Shown here one piece after another: positions 14,100 through 26,649 of a DNA stretch of 64,000 nucleotides. The translations under genes were made by a program, and so were the position numbers. The first letter of the stretch is position 1. Each line of letters begins with the position of its first letter. The notes under the pieces are model-generated. The model saw only the letters and a list, made by a program, of their open reading frames with translations, ran no database searches and was not told where the DNA came from. Source of the stretch: Chrysomallon squamiferum (Eukaryota > Animalia > Mollusca); NCBI GenBank assembly GCA_012295275.1, contig CM022674.1:15810001-15874000 (forward strand), written 5' to 3'.

Positions 14100-15357
14100 G
14101 CGGATACTAAATCTGCTTTTGTGCTGACATAAAATTCAATATACTGCTGACGAAAGTAAGCGCGTTTCCATAATTTATAGATAACAATATTTTATTCGTT
14201 ATTTTATTTGAATTTCTATATACATTTTTGCGGGTCTTAATTTATTTTGATAGTTCTTGGTCAAGTTATTGAAGAAGGCTAGCCTGATAAAAAAAACCTC
14301 TGAAATTAGTGTTATCAAAAAATTCTCATACTAAATGTTGACTGAATGTTCTCTACAGTCTTACTTCAGTCAGAACATGTTACTGAACTTAGAGACTGGA
14401 AGTGAAGAGTCGCTCGCCTAACTTACTTCTATGTACACTGGTCTGTGTTAGAACTGACACTGTATTTTTCCACTTTCTCACTGGATATTTCCATTTTGTG
14501 ACTGAATCCTTCAAATAACCATCCCAAGCACCGTGGCAAGAACCGTAGATGTTCTCCATTTGTGATACTGATGGCCTAGCAGATATTACGATACGTCATT
14601 TTTGTTTTTCTGTTGACACTGATTCAAAGGATAACGCACGAATATGCATTAGCATCTCTGTATCAGTTTCGATAAATGACTTCACAGATACATTATCGTA
14701 TCTAGCTTATTCAAATGTTTATAATGATATGAATTTAAACAACAGCTTATGAACAACCACTGGCTTCTTTCTTGTGTCAGTTTGTATGTAATCTGAAAGT
14801 TCTCGAAATTGGATCAGTAGCATATAATACTAAAGTAAACGAAAATTAGTAACTATCTAGTATCCTGATCAAATCAGGATATGGAATATGTCACATAATG
14901 CAGGCTAACTGTTTCGTGTCGTGTTCGAATTTGTCAATTAATGAGGAAACATAATGAAGATGATACACAGCAGTGAGTCATGTCAGTGTCACTCGATTGG
15001 ATTGTTCATCTTTTAAACTAGCAGAGTTAGTATATTTAGCAGAAACGTAAGCATGAGTTTCGAATGACTTATTCCAGTCTTTATGTGTCAGAATGTTGGT
15101 TTATCGCCTTGATGATGCTGTGAATAGCTCTTTCTTTTACGTTTGATGTTATTGACGCATTTTTTTTGGTGACATCTAGCATTCTGATATTCAGACCATT
15201 GTCTAGTGGAACTCTGTTAAGCACGAATGGTACATTACAGAAAAAAGTTAAGATGAATGACAGTATCGTTGACATCAGCATTACGTGTTGTTTGGTCTGT
15301 TATCACAAAATCAGTTTCTTCACATGAGCTTTTGAAAGGGATTGGACTGGCAGCCTC
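14100..15357 (-). pseudogene. Decayed long exon, possibly a leucine-rich-repeat (TLR-like) ectodomain
   Basis: About 1.2 kb of coding-like composition after a CAG acceptor, with many stops and frameshifts. Fragments include NVSVKSFIETDTEMLMHIRALSFESV, FFYQASLLQ*LD and NYGNALTFVSSILNFM. Confidence 0.3.
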
Positions 15358-15849
15358 TGACACTTATTACTTTTTCTATCTTTAAACTTATTATTTTCGA
15401 AGAGAGCTATAGTAACAAGACGCCTGTATATCAGAACTTATGACGTATTTTACAATCTCTTTTATTAATGCTAAAACAAATTTGAATTATGTCATCGTAT
15501 TTACTATAACGATTGTAACAAATGTAAAGTATTTATAAAAAGTTTTAAAAAAAACAACAACGACAGATTGTTATTTGTAAAAAAAAAAAAAAACATCAAC
15601 ATTGTCAGTAATTTCTGTTCTAGTTACTGATTCCAAGGAAAATTTTTGAAAAAATAAAAAATAAATAAATAAAATAAATAAAACGTACGTACTTGAATAA
15701 GAGAACTTAGATATAGATAGGTCTCCAGTTGTGGAAAAATTTAATATTTTTGAAAAAACAAAACAAAAACAAAACAACTTCAGGCTGAATTATTATCTCA
15801 GAACCTATAAGTCAGTGAATTAGTGTATCTTTATAGATTTGAATCTTTG

Positions 15850-15991
15850 AGTACATTAATATTAGAAATATTGGTTGCCGATTTATAGCAAAACTAGAGA
15901 TAGAGCGAAATCTTTATTTTACTCAACTTTATGAATTTGACGACAGAGACGATGCTGTTATCTGTAACATGAAGGACAACAATTTTAGTCG
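15850..15991 (+). pseudogene. Degenerate SRCR first-half exon
   Basis: KLEIERN...EFDDRDDAVICNM...FSR followed by GTAAAT. The downstream intron (to about 16400) resembles 11983-12360. Confidence 0.7.
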
Positions 15992-17500
15992 GTAAATAAA
16001 TATTTTACTACATTTTTCTTCTTATTATTTTTGTCTAGCAGTAGAATTTTATATGCTTAATATATACTTCTTTTTTAACCATTTTCATTACTTAAACGAT
16101 TATAATACATTCATGTAAAATTCGAATTATATGAAATAATATTATTGTGGTTTCCTGTTTAAGTTCCATGTGATACTGGCAATTACATTGCTGCACATTA
16201 TGTTATTGTTGTATATACATCTCACACCATTAAGTTATTATTCGTTGTTGTACAATAATACAAATTTCAACTTAGGAAAATGCGTTAACTCTACAATTAG
16301 TGTACATTCTATTAATACGTTTGTGATGAAAAAGTACAGATTCGAAAAGAAGTGAATTATGAATTATAAGTATTTATGAATTATTTTTTAAAACGTATCA
16401 AGTAATATTTATAGAAACATCTGAGTTAGAAACATCTTAGAATTCTTTTCATTATATTTGCACTTGTGTTTGCGTGTATCCATTTGTATATAGTTGTACA
16501 TATTTATAAATTTAGTTAAAAAACTGAGTAAAGTTTAAATAACCTGTATATTGCTGTGGTTGTATTAATTTACAATACAATGACAAAATATTTAATCTGT
16601 AAAGTAGATGATACCAGGCTTTGATGAAAACATGTAATTTACACGTAAATTAAATAACAACGCACTGAGCTGTCTCTGCTTAGGAAACAACTGCGAGAAG
16701 AAGAAAACTCAAAATTCTGAGATGTTTAACTGAATACATGCTGGTTATATTTGATAATTTATGTCTAACAACAGACCATGTTCCTTCAAAGTTGTTAAAT
16801 TTGTTTCTTACCTGTCAGCTGTAATTAATTATATTCCTCTTTGGATAACAAAATGACTACATAAATTAACAACAGGAAGATGGTAAAACAATAGGTGGAT
16901 CCCACAGTCTGTCTGCTGTCAGTTCAAATATTCAAAACTAACCAGTTTATATTAAAATTTGAAGAATAAATTATGAAGCTGTGCAGTTTTATATCTTATA
17001 ACAAATTTTAATGTTTCTATTTATTTCTTTTAAGACTGTTTTAGTTCATGCAGTCAAAGGTTCTAATATTTTCGGTTGTCCAGATCATCTGATGTGTGTA
17101 TATATAGTAAATGAAAAGAAATATTTAAAACCAAGAAAAACAAAAAGAAACATTTGTGTAATAATTATTATAGTAGCAATATAGAACAGTGCTGTAACAT
17201 TTATAGAGTACAGGTTTCAAAACTTTGATATATAGGGAAAGTCTATTTACTAGTTTGAGATATCTATCTGTCGGCCTCTGTGTCTACCTATTTATTTTTT
17301 GATCAGTTTGTCTATCTGTCTCTACATCTACATATCTGTCTGTGCAGATCATGACAAGAATTTACCACTGAGTGTGTGGGTAAATGTAGGTGCAGATAGA
17401 TTATTAAACTTGTAAACATATGTTTGTTTTTAAAGAAACATTTTAAAACATTTTTGTCCACAGATTTTTCACTTCTACAGATGAACTCATTCAGTAAAGC

Positions 17501-19228
17501 ATGCAACTGCAGACATGCCAGTCTTGTTATCATGGCAACAGGGTTTTCTGCCTCCTTTTCATTTTTGTCTTTCTCCCTGTTGTGATATGCACCCAGTCAC
17601 TGACATTGAGTGGAGAGAAGAAAATTGATCATTTTGACCACAGGGGAAACCACGAAGACACACCGTGCTGGACGGTGAAAATCCACAAGAGAGTTCAACA
17701 TTCCATACCACTTCAGGGGAGACAACTTGTCATTTCTGCTGCAGACATCAGACTTGACTCTGTGGGACAGATATCAAATTTCCTAAACCATTTCACTTTC
17801 TGTTTCTGGCCAGAGACTTTAGAACTGAGTGACACAAGTAAACTGAACTTTGAAGATTTACACAAAGTACACCAGTTTATCTTGAAGAAAACACGTCACA
17901 GATTCAACACTTTGAGGAAAACAGTAGAGAGCTGGTTGCAGGGAGACAACTCTGTTGAGTGGTTTAGTCCCAATGTTGTGAGAGTCAGACAGAAAAGTTC
18001 TCTTCATTTTGAAGATCCGTTCTTCACACGACAATGGCACTTGGTAAGTAAATAATCTGCATAATTTATCTCCAGTTGTAGTGAAAGTAGATCTTAGCTC
18101 CATTGTGTAGCATCCACTCAAACAGTGACATCTGATCTGATCTGGATTCACTAACCAGTTTCTTCTTAACACACTTTGATTAACATTTTAATTTTACATA
18201 TTTTCATGCATATGAAATACCAGACTGTGACAATGAGAGATAATTTATTGTGTTAATTTAAATTACAAGTATTTTATCTAAAATTACTAAAATCATTTAT
18301 ATTTTGTTTTATTTTATTAATATATGTATTTATTTGTTTATTTATTATGTTTATTATATTTATTTATTTATTTGTTGATTTTTAATTTAATTTATTTATT
18401 TATTAAACAGAGCAATAAGTTGTCTGGAATGGATATCAATGTCACTGGTGTCTGGGAACGAAACATAACAGGAATTGGGGTCACTGTTGCTGTTGTTGAT
18501 GATGGGAAGTAAATGTGTGATATAACTAAACACTGTTCTTGCAGTTAATAATAGTGAATAAATACTTTTGTTTTTGTTGATCAATAAATATTACTGTTGA
18601 TTTTTAAAGTTAACATATTTCAAAACTCAAATTTAGTTATCTGTATTTTGGTTTCAGTTAGATTTGTTCAAGTTCTTTGGGTACAATTTTTGTATTCTGT
18701 ATAGATATAGCTGTATTGAAATTTTCTCTCTCTCTTTCTGTTCTGTTTATATATTTGTAATCTATCTCTTTTTTCTCTCTGTGTAACCTATGTCATTCTC
18801 AAAAATCTGTCTCCTTTTTGTCTCTCTGACTCTCTCTCTCTCTCTCTCTCTTGGTATCTGAAAGGGCAATACCATTTTTGTCTAATAAGAAAAATAAACC
18901 TCATTTCAAATGTTGGATATGAAAGTGAAAAAAAGAGAAAAACAAAAAAGGAAATTATATTCATCCAAACAGAAATGAAATGAAATGGGAAATAATAATA
19001 AAAAAAAAAAAAAAAAAAAAAAATAAAATTATAATATTCTTATATGTGTAGTTATTGTTATTTTGCTTTTACTCTAACTGTACTATTTATGGAATTTTTC
19101 ATATTACTGATATTTTTTATTTCCAGGCTTGTAGTGGACAAACACTGATATTCATGACATCTACAACTACCACGGCAGCTGGGATCTCAATGATGATGAT
19201 TCTGATCCTATGCCTAGTGACCACAAAG
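17501..19228 (+). pseudogene. PCSK7: PCSK7-like proprotein convertase 5' fragment, copy 1 (coding exons 17501-18043, 18411-18504, 19127-19228)
   Basis: Signal peptide, prodomain, then SLHFEDPFFTRQWHL / [27 protein letters not shown] / GSWDLNDDDSDPMP. These parallel PC7 (SVHFNDPKYPQQWHL...[27 protein letters not shown]...GSYDLNSNDPDPMP). Exon-2 donor is GT>GG, there is a TAG at 19132, and no catalytic His/Ser exons follow. Confidence 0.9.
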
Positions 19229-19772
19229 GTGAGATGAGTGGCTGTTAATTTTTTTTATTAACTCTGTGTACCTTGAGTTAAACCATTTTGATTTGGGTAG
19301 TACTTGTACTTGTTCCATTATCATCACTATTGTCATAATCATCTCATTATCATAAACAATATTACATTATTCATACTTTGTTTTGATATTTTCATCCTAA
19401 CTGTTTGCAGTTTATTGTAAGACCTGTGTAATTATATTATTTCTCAAATTATTGTGATGTTTCAACCACACAACTGATTCAGTTGATGGAAATATACTTG
19501 AGTTTTGTGTTTGTGAGCGTGGTAAGTTTGTTTGTTTACGTGCGTGTGGGAATAGTGATGAACTAACAGTTACAGTGCAGCAAGTATAGTACATCATAGA
19601 ACGTCAGCTGGTTTTATTTGTCTGACTAAAGTACTTTTTGTGCGGGATACTTCTTTATTAGTATTTCTTTTTTTAAACTACCGGAGCTTTTCATCGAGTA
19701 TCCTGGTTCAATTCAAAAGTTTGCTGGGCAAAATGTTAGAAATGTTTCAATACAAACTTTGTTTAATTTCAG

Positions 19773-20090
19773 TACCGCCGTCATCAGTAGATACCTCTTA
19801 CTCTACACTGACTGTGTCTGACTGTGACTCAATTATTGTGAAGAAGATTATTGTCTCCCGTTCTAGAATCACCTATTTCCGATGGGTTAACAGAAACATG
19901 AAGGTTATGAAAAGTGTAATTAACGAAAGTGACGATTCTGTTAAAATCTACAACAAAACTGTCAACGCCAGTGGCTACCTGATTTCAATGGACATTGGTC
20001 AGTTTTCAGACAGTGAACGAGGGTTGTACAATCTAACAGTCTGTAACAAATTTGGATGTGACAATTTCTACACTTACCTAAAGTCATCAG
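19773..20090 (+). CDS. Ig-like domain exon (106 codons, phase 1/1)
   Basis: Open exon with a C-strand Trp (YFRWV) and F-strand motif DSERGLYNLTVCNKFG. AG/GT intact. Confidence 0.75.
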
Positions 20091-20606
20091 GTTCGTGTTA
20101 TTGTAGAAGTGCAATGTTTATACAATTATTCTCCATATTAAATTTCAGATTAATATTATCCTGTTCATCCTGTTAAAATATTTCACCAACTTTTAGTAAA
20201 CAAATACTTTATCATTAAACTGAAACGAAAGATTTCACGAGCTTATATTAAACAAATACTTTACCTTTAAAAAGAAATGAAAGATTTCATTAGTAATCAT
20301 TTCACTTTATTTAAAGAGAATTACAACCTACATTTTTTGTTACATCACTTTCGTATTTCCCAAAGAATGACCTGTATACTGAAATACGTGAAAGATTATT
20401 TAAGATATCCCAGTCTACATCGATGCAAACAATATTTTCATTTTGCATTTAATTGTAATAATTTATTTATTCATTTATTGTCCTATTCTCTTCGTATGTA
20501 TATATATGTACGTGTGTATATGTGTCTGTATGTGTGTATGTAGATATGTATGTTTCTTTGTATATTCAGTTTACGTATTTAAATTAATGAATATTTATCT
20601 TTCTAG

Positions 20607-20738
20607 AAGAACATACCGAGTCTAAATTTGACAAGATGTCTGTCTACATTGTTACTGCAGTATTGGGTATCATCATCCTGATCATCCTCGTTGTAGTCTG
20701 TGTAATGAGGCAGAGGAGGAAATCAGAGGATAACGAAA
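20607..20738 (+). CDS. Transmembrane exon of the receptor, copy A (donor mutated)
   Basis: EEHTESKFDKMSVYIVTAVLGIIILIILVVVCVM-RQRRK: a hydrophobic helix followed by a basic stop-transfer cluster. Confidence 0.85.
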
Positions 20739-20893
20739 CTAAGAAACAATGACGATATCTAGTAATGAAAATAATTAGCAATATTTACTTATTTTATAAT
20801 TCTATTTAACAACTATGTTTATTATTTTTGCATTTCTTTCTTACATTCTATTTTGTCTTCAGTTTTTCAATAACGTTTGTTTTTGTGATACAG

Positions 20894-21824
<931 letters not shown>

Positions 21825-22527
21825 GTAAAGTGAAAATTTTATATTAATAACTTGTTGGTCATCCTAGCGACATTAGCAAATTTAGAAATAGTTTTATCAT
21901 TACAGCAACGTTAGTAGTAGTTGTAGTAATAATATAAGTTATAGTTGTGTAGTAGTAGTAGCAGCACCAATAGAATAAGTAGAAATGTTGATGGTAATGA
22001 TCGTAGTCGTAGCAGTGGAAGTTCTACCAGCAATAATAATGATAACATTCACAGCAGCAGCATAATTGTCTTGGTGACAGAGGCAGTTTTGGTTGCTGTG
22101 GAAATTATACAACTAATATGGTAATAGTTGTAGTTGTACGTTTTGTAATTCTACAAGTGATTGTTGTAGTGGTAGTTGTACTTTTTGCAGTTCTACAAGT
22201 GATTGCTGTAGTGGTAGTCGTAGGAGTAATTTGTTTTATGCACGTTCGTGGAATGCTCACTGTCTTCCATCTGACCTAATATCTTTAATATTTCCACAAA
22301 ATACTGTATTTATTTATTTATTTATTTATTTATTTGATTTGATTTGATTTGATTGTTTATTTCAGGTTAAAATCAATATGAAAAGAAAAGTAGATGATTG
22401 TAATATTATTATATGTTAACATGTCTGTTTCAAGAAGGATCTTCACGTGGACATTCTCTGACATTTTTTATCTTTATGTCCATGGAATCAACGTGAACGT
22501 CAAAATAACAACAACAACAACAACAAC

Positions 22528-22598
<71 letters not shown>

Positions 22599-23424
22599 TA
22601 CATAAATAAATAAATAAATAAAAACAACAAAGGAAACAACATAGAGGTATGTTTGCTCGTGGGATCGTAGCACTTAGATGTGTGTTACAGGCGAGACGTA
22701 GGAATTACTTTCTGTTTCTGAAGGATGGCGCGGTTCAGAGAAATTAATCTGGCACAGGTTTAAATAGAGAGAAAAACAAATAGTTTAACTTTATTTATTT
22801 ATTTGTTGTGATGAATTGTTATACCTGAATATTTTACGAAGAGTTAATGAACACATTATAGTCTTGTGTTTTAACATAATTTAACACTAGATATGTTAAA
22901 AAGTTAACTGGCATGTATAACACACCATTCTCAGTGTGTTCAGATTTTCTCGTTTTTTTAGGTTTTTCTGACAATGAATTCAAGAACTATAAACAATGTA
23001 GTTCTTAGCTGTGGATTTTAGTTTTCTAAAATATATTTCCCATCATACCTCTGTAAAAAGAATTGACACAAGATAAATAACATCAACAAGAGAACAGTTT
23101 TAGTTCATTATTTATATACAGAGTATGTCTCGTAATAATATGAAAAACTAGAAGCGGAACTAAATTATTTACGTTTTTGTGGAAACGTCAGTTAAAACAA
23201 TTAAAGTCGGGAGAATCAAGTTATTACGTTAATATGTGAGTGTGTGCGTGTGTGTGTGTGTGTGCCTGTGTGTGTGCGTGTGTGTGTTCAACAGTTTACT
23301 GATTACACTGCCTATTGACGGTAAAAAAACAAAAATAAAAGTATCTTAACAGACGCCGTCCAATTTATGCTGCTATAGGCAACATCCCTCTTGTCGCTTC
23401 CCGAATCAGAGCATGAATTTCAAA

Positions 23425-24041
23425 TTCGCCTCAACCTCGTCTCAACTCTCGCCTCAACTCTCGTCTTTCCCTCGTCTCAACTCTCGTCTCAACTCTCGCC
23501 TCAACTCTCGTTTCAACTATCGCCTCAACCCTCGTCTCAACCCCCGCCTCAACCCTCGTCTCAACCTCGTCTCAACCCTCGTCTCAACCTCGTCTCAACT
23601 CTCGTCTCAACTCTCGCCTCAGCCTCGTCTCAACCCTCGTCTCAACCTTGTCTCAACCCTCGTCTCAACCCTCGTCTCAACCCTCGTCTCAACCCTCGTC
23701 TCAACCTTCTCAACCCTCGTCTCAACCCTCGTCTCAACCCTCGCCTCAACCTCGCCTCAACCTTCGTCTCAACCTCGTCTCAACCTTCTCAACCCTCGTC
23801 TCAACTCTCGTATCAACTCTCGTTTCAACTCTCGCCTCAACCCTCGTATCAACCCTCGCCTCAACCCTCGTCTCAGCCCTCGCCTCAACCTTCGTCTCAA
23901 CCTCGTCTCAACCTTTTCAACCCTCGTCTCAACTCTCGTATCAACTCTCGTTTCAACTCTCGCCTCAACCCTCGTATCAACCCTCGCCTCAACCTCGTCT
24001 GAACTCTCGTCTCAACCCTCTTCGCAACTCTCGTCTCAACC
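23425..24041. repeat. 12-bp C-rich minisatellite (CTCGTCTCAACC), about 50 variant units
   Basis: Visible directly; produces stop-free ORFs in all three + frames. Confidence 0.95.
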
Positions 24042-25379
24042 GAGGAATCAAAGACAAAAACAAAGACACGCGTGTTGACAAATTTCAAAGCTGTCTTAGT
24101 TTATTAGTCAAAACTAGCTGTATCCTAGCCTGTAATTAACGTAACTACGAAATTTAAAAATAATAATAATAATAATAAAACAAATAAAAAATGCCTTTAA
24201 AGGTTCGACATGGCATTTTTTTCCAGTAAAAGGGCATTAATGATGGTCAAACAGAACTTTAATTATCTGCATATATCGACATTTTAATACAGTTTATTTA
24301 CAGATTACAATCATTAATACATATTTATTTACTACCTGTCGTTGTTTTATCTTTTGTTTATCTCATAAAACTACATAATCTTTGGCTTTCTCTCGGTCTC
24401 TTTGCTTTTTCTGTAGACACTTTTGTTCTCTAAATATACTTTCCCGAAGACAAATAGTAATGTCGACTAACAATGGACAGCCTTTCTCTCAGATACATGA
24501 AAAGGAGAACTTAGGCTAAATAAAAGTCATTATAAGAGACTGATGTTCATGCACTGATTGTGTTCTATCACTTTCTAAACGTCAAGAATTGTATTACATT
24601 CACACGAAATATCTATTCTCAGCACGACACTAAAAAATACTCTCTCTGTGTTTGTCTTTATAACAAAGCAAATCTCATATTGATTATACTAGTAAAGCGA
24701 ATACTGTCCTCCATTGTCAGTAAAACTAGAACCACAGTTGGTAGAAAAAACCTTAATGACGTACTTTCTTCTGAATTTATTATTGATATATCTTAATAAC
24801 CTGTTTTTAAATGTTTATAATCTCAAATAATCTTCATTGTTTAATGTGTCAAATCCTCACAGTCAAGCAGTCTGTTTTCTTATGTTTATTCAATTGAGAT
24901 GACAACTTGTCTTGTCCTTCACCTGTCAGACTTCAAATAAAGTCAAGAGAATGAGTTATGCCGAGGCATTGACAGAATAAAAAAAGTGTCAAGAGGTTTG
25001 AAGCGGATGCAGTCAAAGAAAACGCTGAGGTGCAGACTTGAAAGATATTACAAATATACATGACTAATTAGTATTAAACAATATAAAAATACATCATGAA
25101 TATGGTTTACTATTTCCAGCACTACTATTAGTTTCTGTTCCACTATTATTAGCCTACTATATCCAGTACTACTATTATTACTGACCATACCATTTCCAGT
25201 ACTACTACTATTACCAACACTACTATTTCCAGTGCTACTACTATTATTATTATTATTAGCCATACTATTTCCAGTACTACTATTATTGCGTTTATCTAAC
25301 TTATCTTGATGTTCCCCTTAATTTACCTTAATTACCTGATGACCGACATCACCTGGAACGAGAAAGGAAAGGTAAATTA

Positions 25380-25460
25380 TCCGAGCGGAGCAAGGATTTG
25401 AACTCCAAGCAGCGAGCGTAGCTAGCGTGAACGCTAACCACGACACCATCCGATCTCGGA
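25380..25460 (-). ncRNA. tRNA-like / Pol III type-2 promoter segment, left arm
   Basis: Closing stem TCCGAG...CTCGGA, A-box-like TGGTGTCGTGGTTAGC, B box GTTCAAATCC. No clean anticodon arm. Confidence 0.6.
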
Positions 25461-25872
25461 CGACCACCAACGAAAAGAACTTCTAGTCAATCGTGCGATC
25501 GATGTTGTGCAATCGATTTGGAGTTACCTCCCAATATGGCGATTATCTGTAGAAGCCGCCATTTTCGAAATTTGCATAATATCCTGCAATACTATAAGAA
25601 TTATATAACTTGCGGGGATAATGACATCATGTTTATTTTTAGAAACTATGTAATGCAATTCTTTTAATTTTATATAAATGTTTATTTTATTAAATATTTT
25701 ATTTTATATGCTAAATATTAACGAATGTGTGGATTTATATTTAAAATAGTCAGATAAAATAAAATGAAAATGACGGCTTCTGCAGATAATCGCCATGTTG
25801 GGAGATAACCCAAAACCGACTGCGCAACATCGATCGCAGGATTGACTAGAAGTTATTTTCGTATGTTGTTCG

Positions 25873-25952
25873 TCCGAGATCGAATGATGTCGTGGCTAGA
25901 ATTCACTCTCGCTACGCTCGCTGCTTGGAGTTCGAATCCTCGCACGCTCGGA
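25873..25952 (+). ncRNA. tRNA-like / Pol III type-2 promoter segment, right arm
   Basis: Closing stem TCCGAG...CTCGGA, A-box-like TGATGTCGTGGCTAG, canonical B box GTTCGAATCC at 25930-25939. Confidence 0.6.
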
Positions 25953-26649
25953 TAATTTACATTTGATTTCTCTTTCCAGGTGATGTCGGTGATGTCGGTA
26001 ATTAAGGTAAGTTAGGTAAACGTCAACAGTAGTAGAGTTAGAAATAATACTAGTACTGGAAATAGTAGGGCTAGTAATAATTGTAGTATCGGTACTGGAA
26101 CAAGTATTGGAAGTAATAACAGTAGAACTGGAAATAGTAGGCCTAGTAATAATAGTAGTAGTACTGGAAATGGTACCGCTAGTAATAATAGTAGTAGTAC
26201 TGGAAATGGTACCGCTAGTAATAATAGTAGTACTACTGGAAATAGCAGGGCTAGTAATAATAGTAGTATTGGTGTTGGAACAAATATTGGAAGTAATAAC
26301 AGTAGAACTAGTAACAATAGTAATGGAAATAATAGGGCTAGTAATAATAGTAATAAAAATAGTAGGACTAGTAAAAACAGTAGTAATACTAGAAATGGTA
26401 GAGGTAATAGTATTGGAAATAGTAGGGATAGTAATAATAGTTGTGAAAATATTAGCGCTGGTAATAATGGTGGTGCTGAAAAGCTCTCTGCTATTAGACA
26501 CGTGAACTAAGTAATAATACATTTTGTTTTATTTTATTTTAAATTTTATTAAAGCAAAAGCAGCAAATACAAAACAGTCGTGGGAAATTGGGAAATCACA
26601 TGACAATGTTTATAATAATACAAAACCAGATACATTTTGTGTTAGAATC

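Larger units (their letters stand above)
25106..26480. mobile_element. Head-to-head inverted pair of composite repeats (CpG-rich head, tRNA-like segment, roughly 36-39-bp minisatellite tail)
   Basis: The reverse complement of about 25260-25566 aligns by eye with 25766-26070 at roughly 80% identity. Both arms run outward into CTAGTAATAATAGTAGTAGTACTGGAAAT-type repeats. The spacer is about 200 bp and AT-rich. Confidence 0.8.

Noticed and set aside
17858-18172. 104-aa minus-strand ORF, repeated at 33198-33470
   Set aside because: Antisense shadow of the PCSK7 exon; it recurs only because the block is duplicated.
22724-22762. Possible first coding exon MARFREINLAQ followed by GT
   Set aside because: Only 11 codons, a weak donor (GTTTAA) and no downstream exon identified.
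23391-24139. Three overlapping long ORFs (SQPS, RLNP and VSTL repeats)
   Set aside because: A 12-bp unit with no + strand stop codon opens all three frames. There are no splice or domain signals and the unit has frame-breaking variants.
25380-25952. Bona fide tRNA genes
   Set aside because: No canonical 7-bp acceptor stem with correct spacing, no clear anticodon arm and no adjacent T-run terminator. Kept only as tRNA-like segments.
25896-26522. 208-aa Ser/Thr/Ile-rich mucin-like ORF and its hydrophobic alternative frames
   Set aside because: Product of the AGT/AAT-rich minisatellite tail, which also occurs inverted at 25106-25286.
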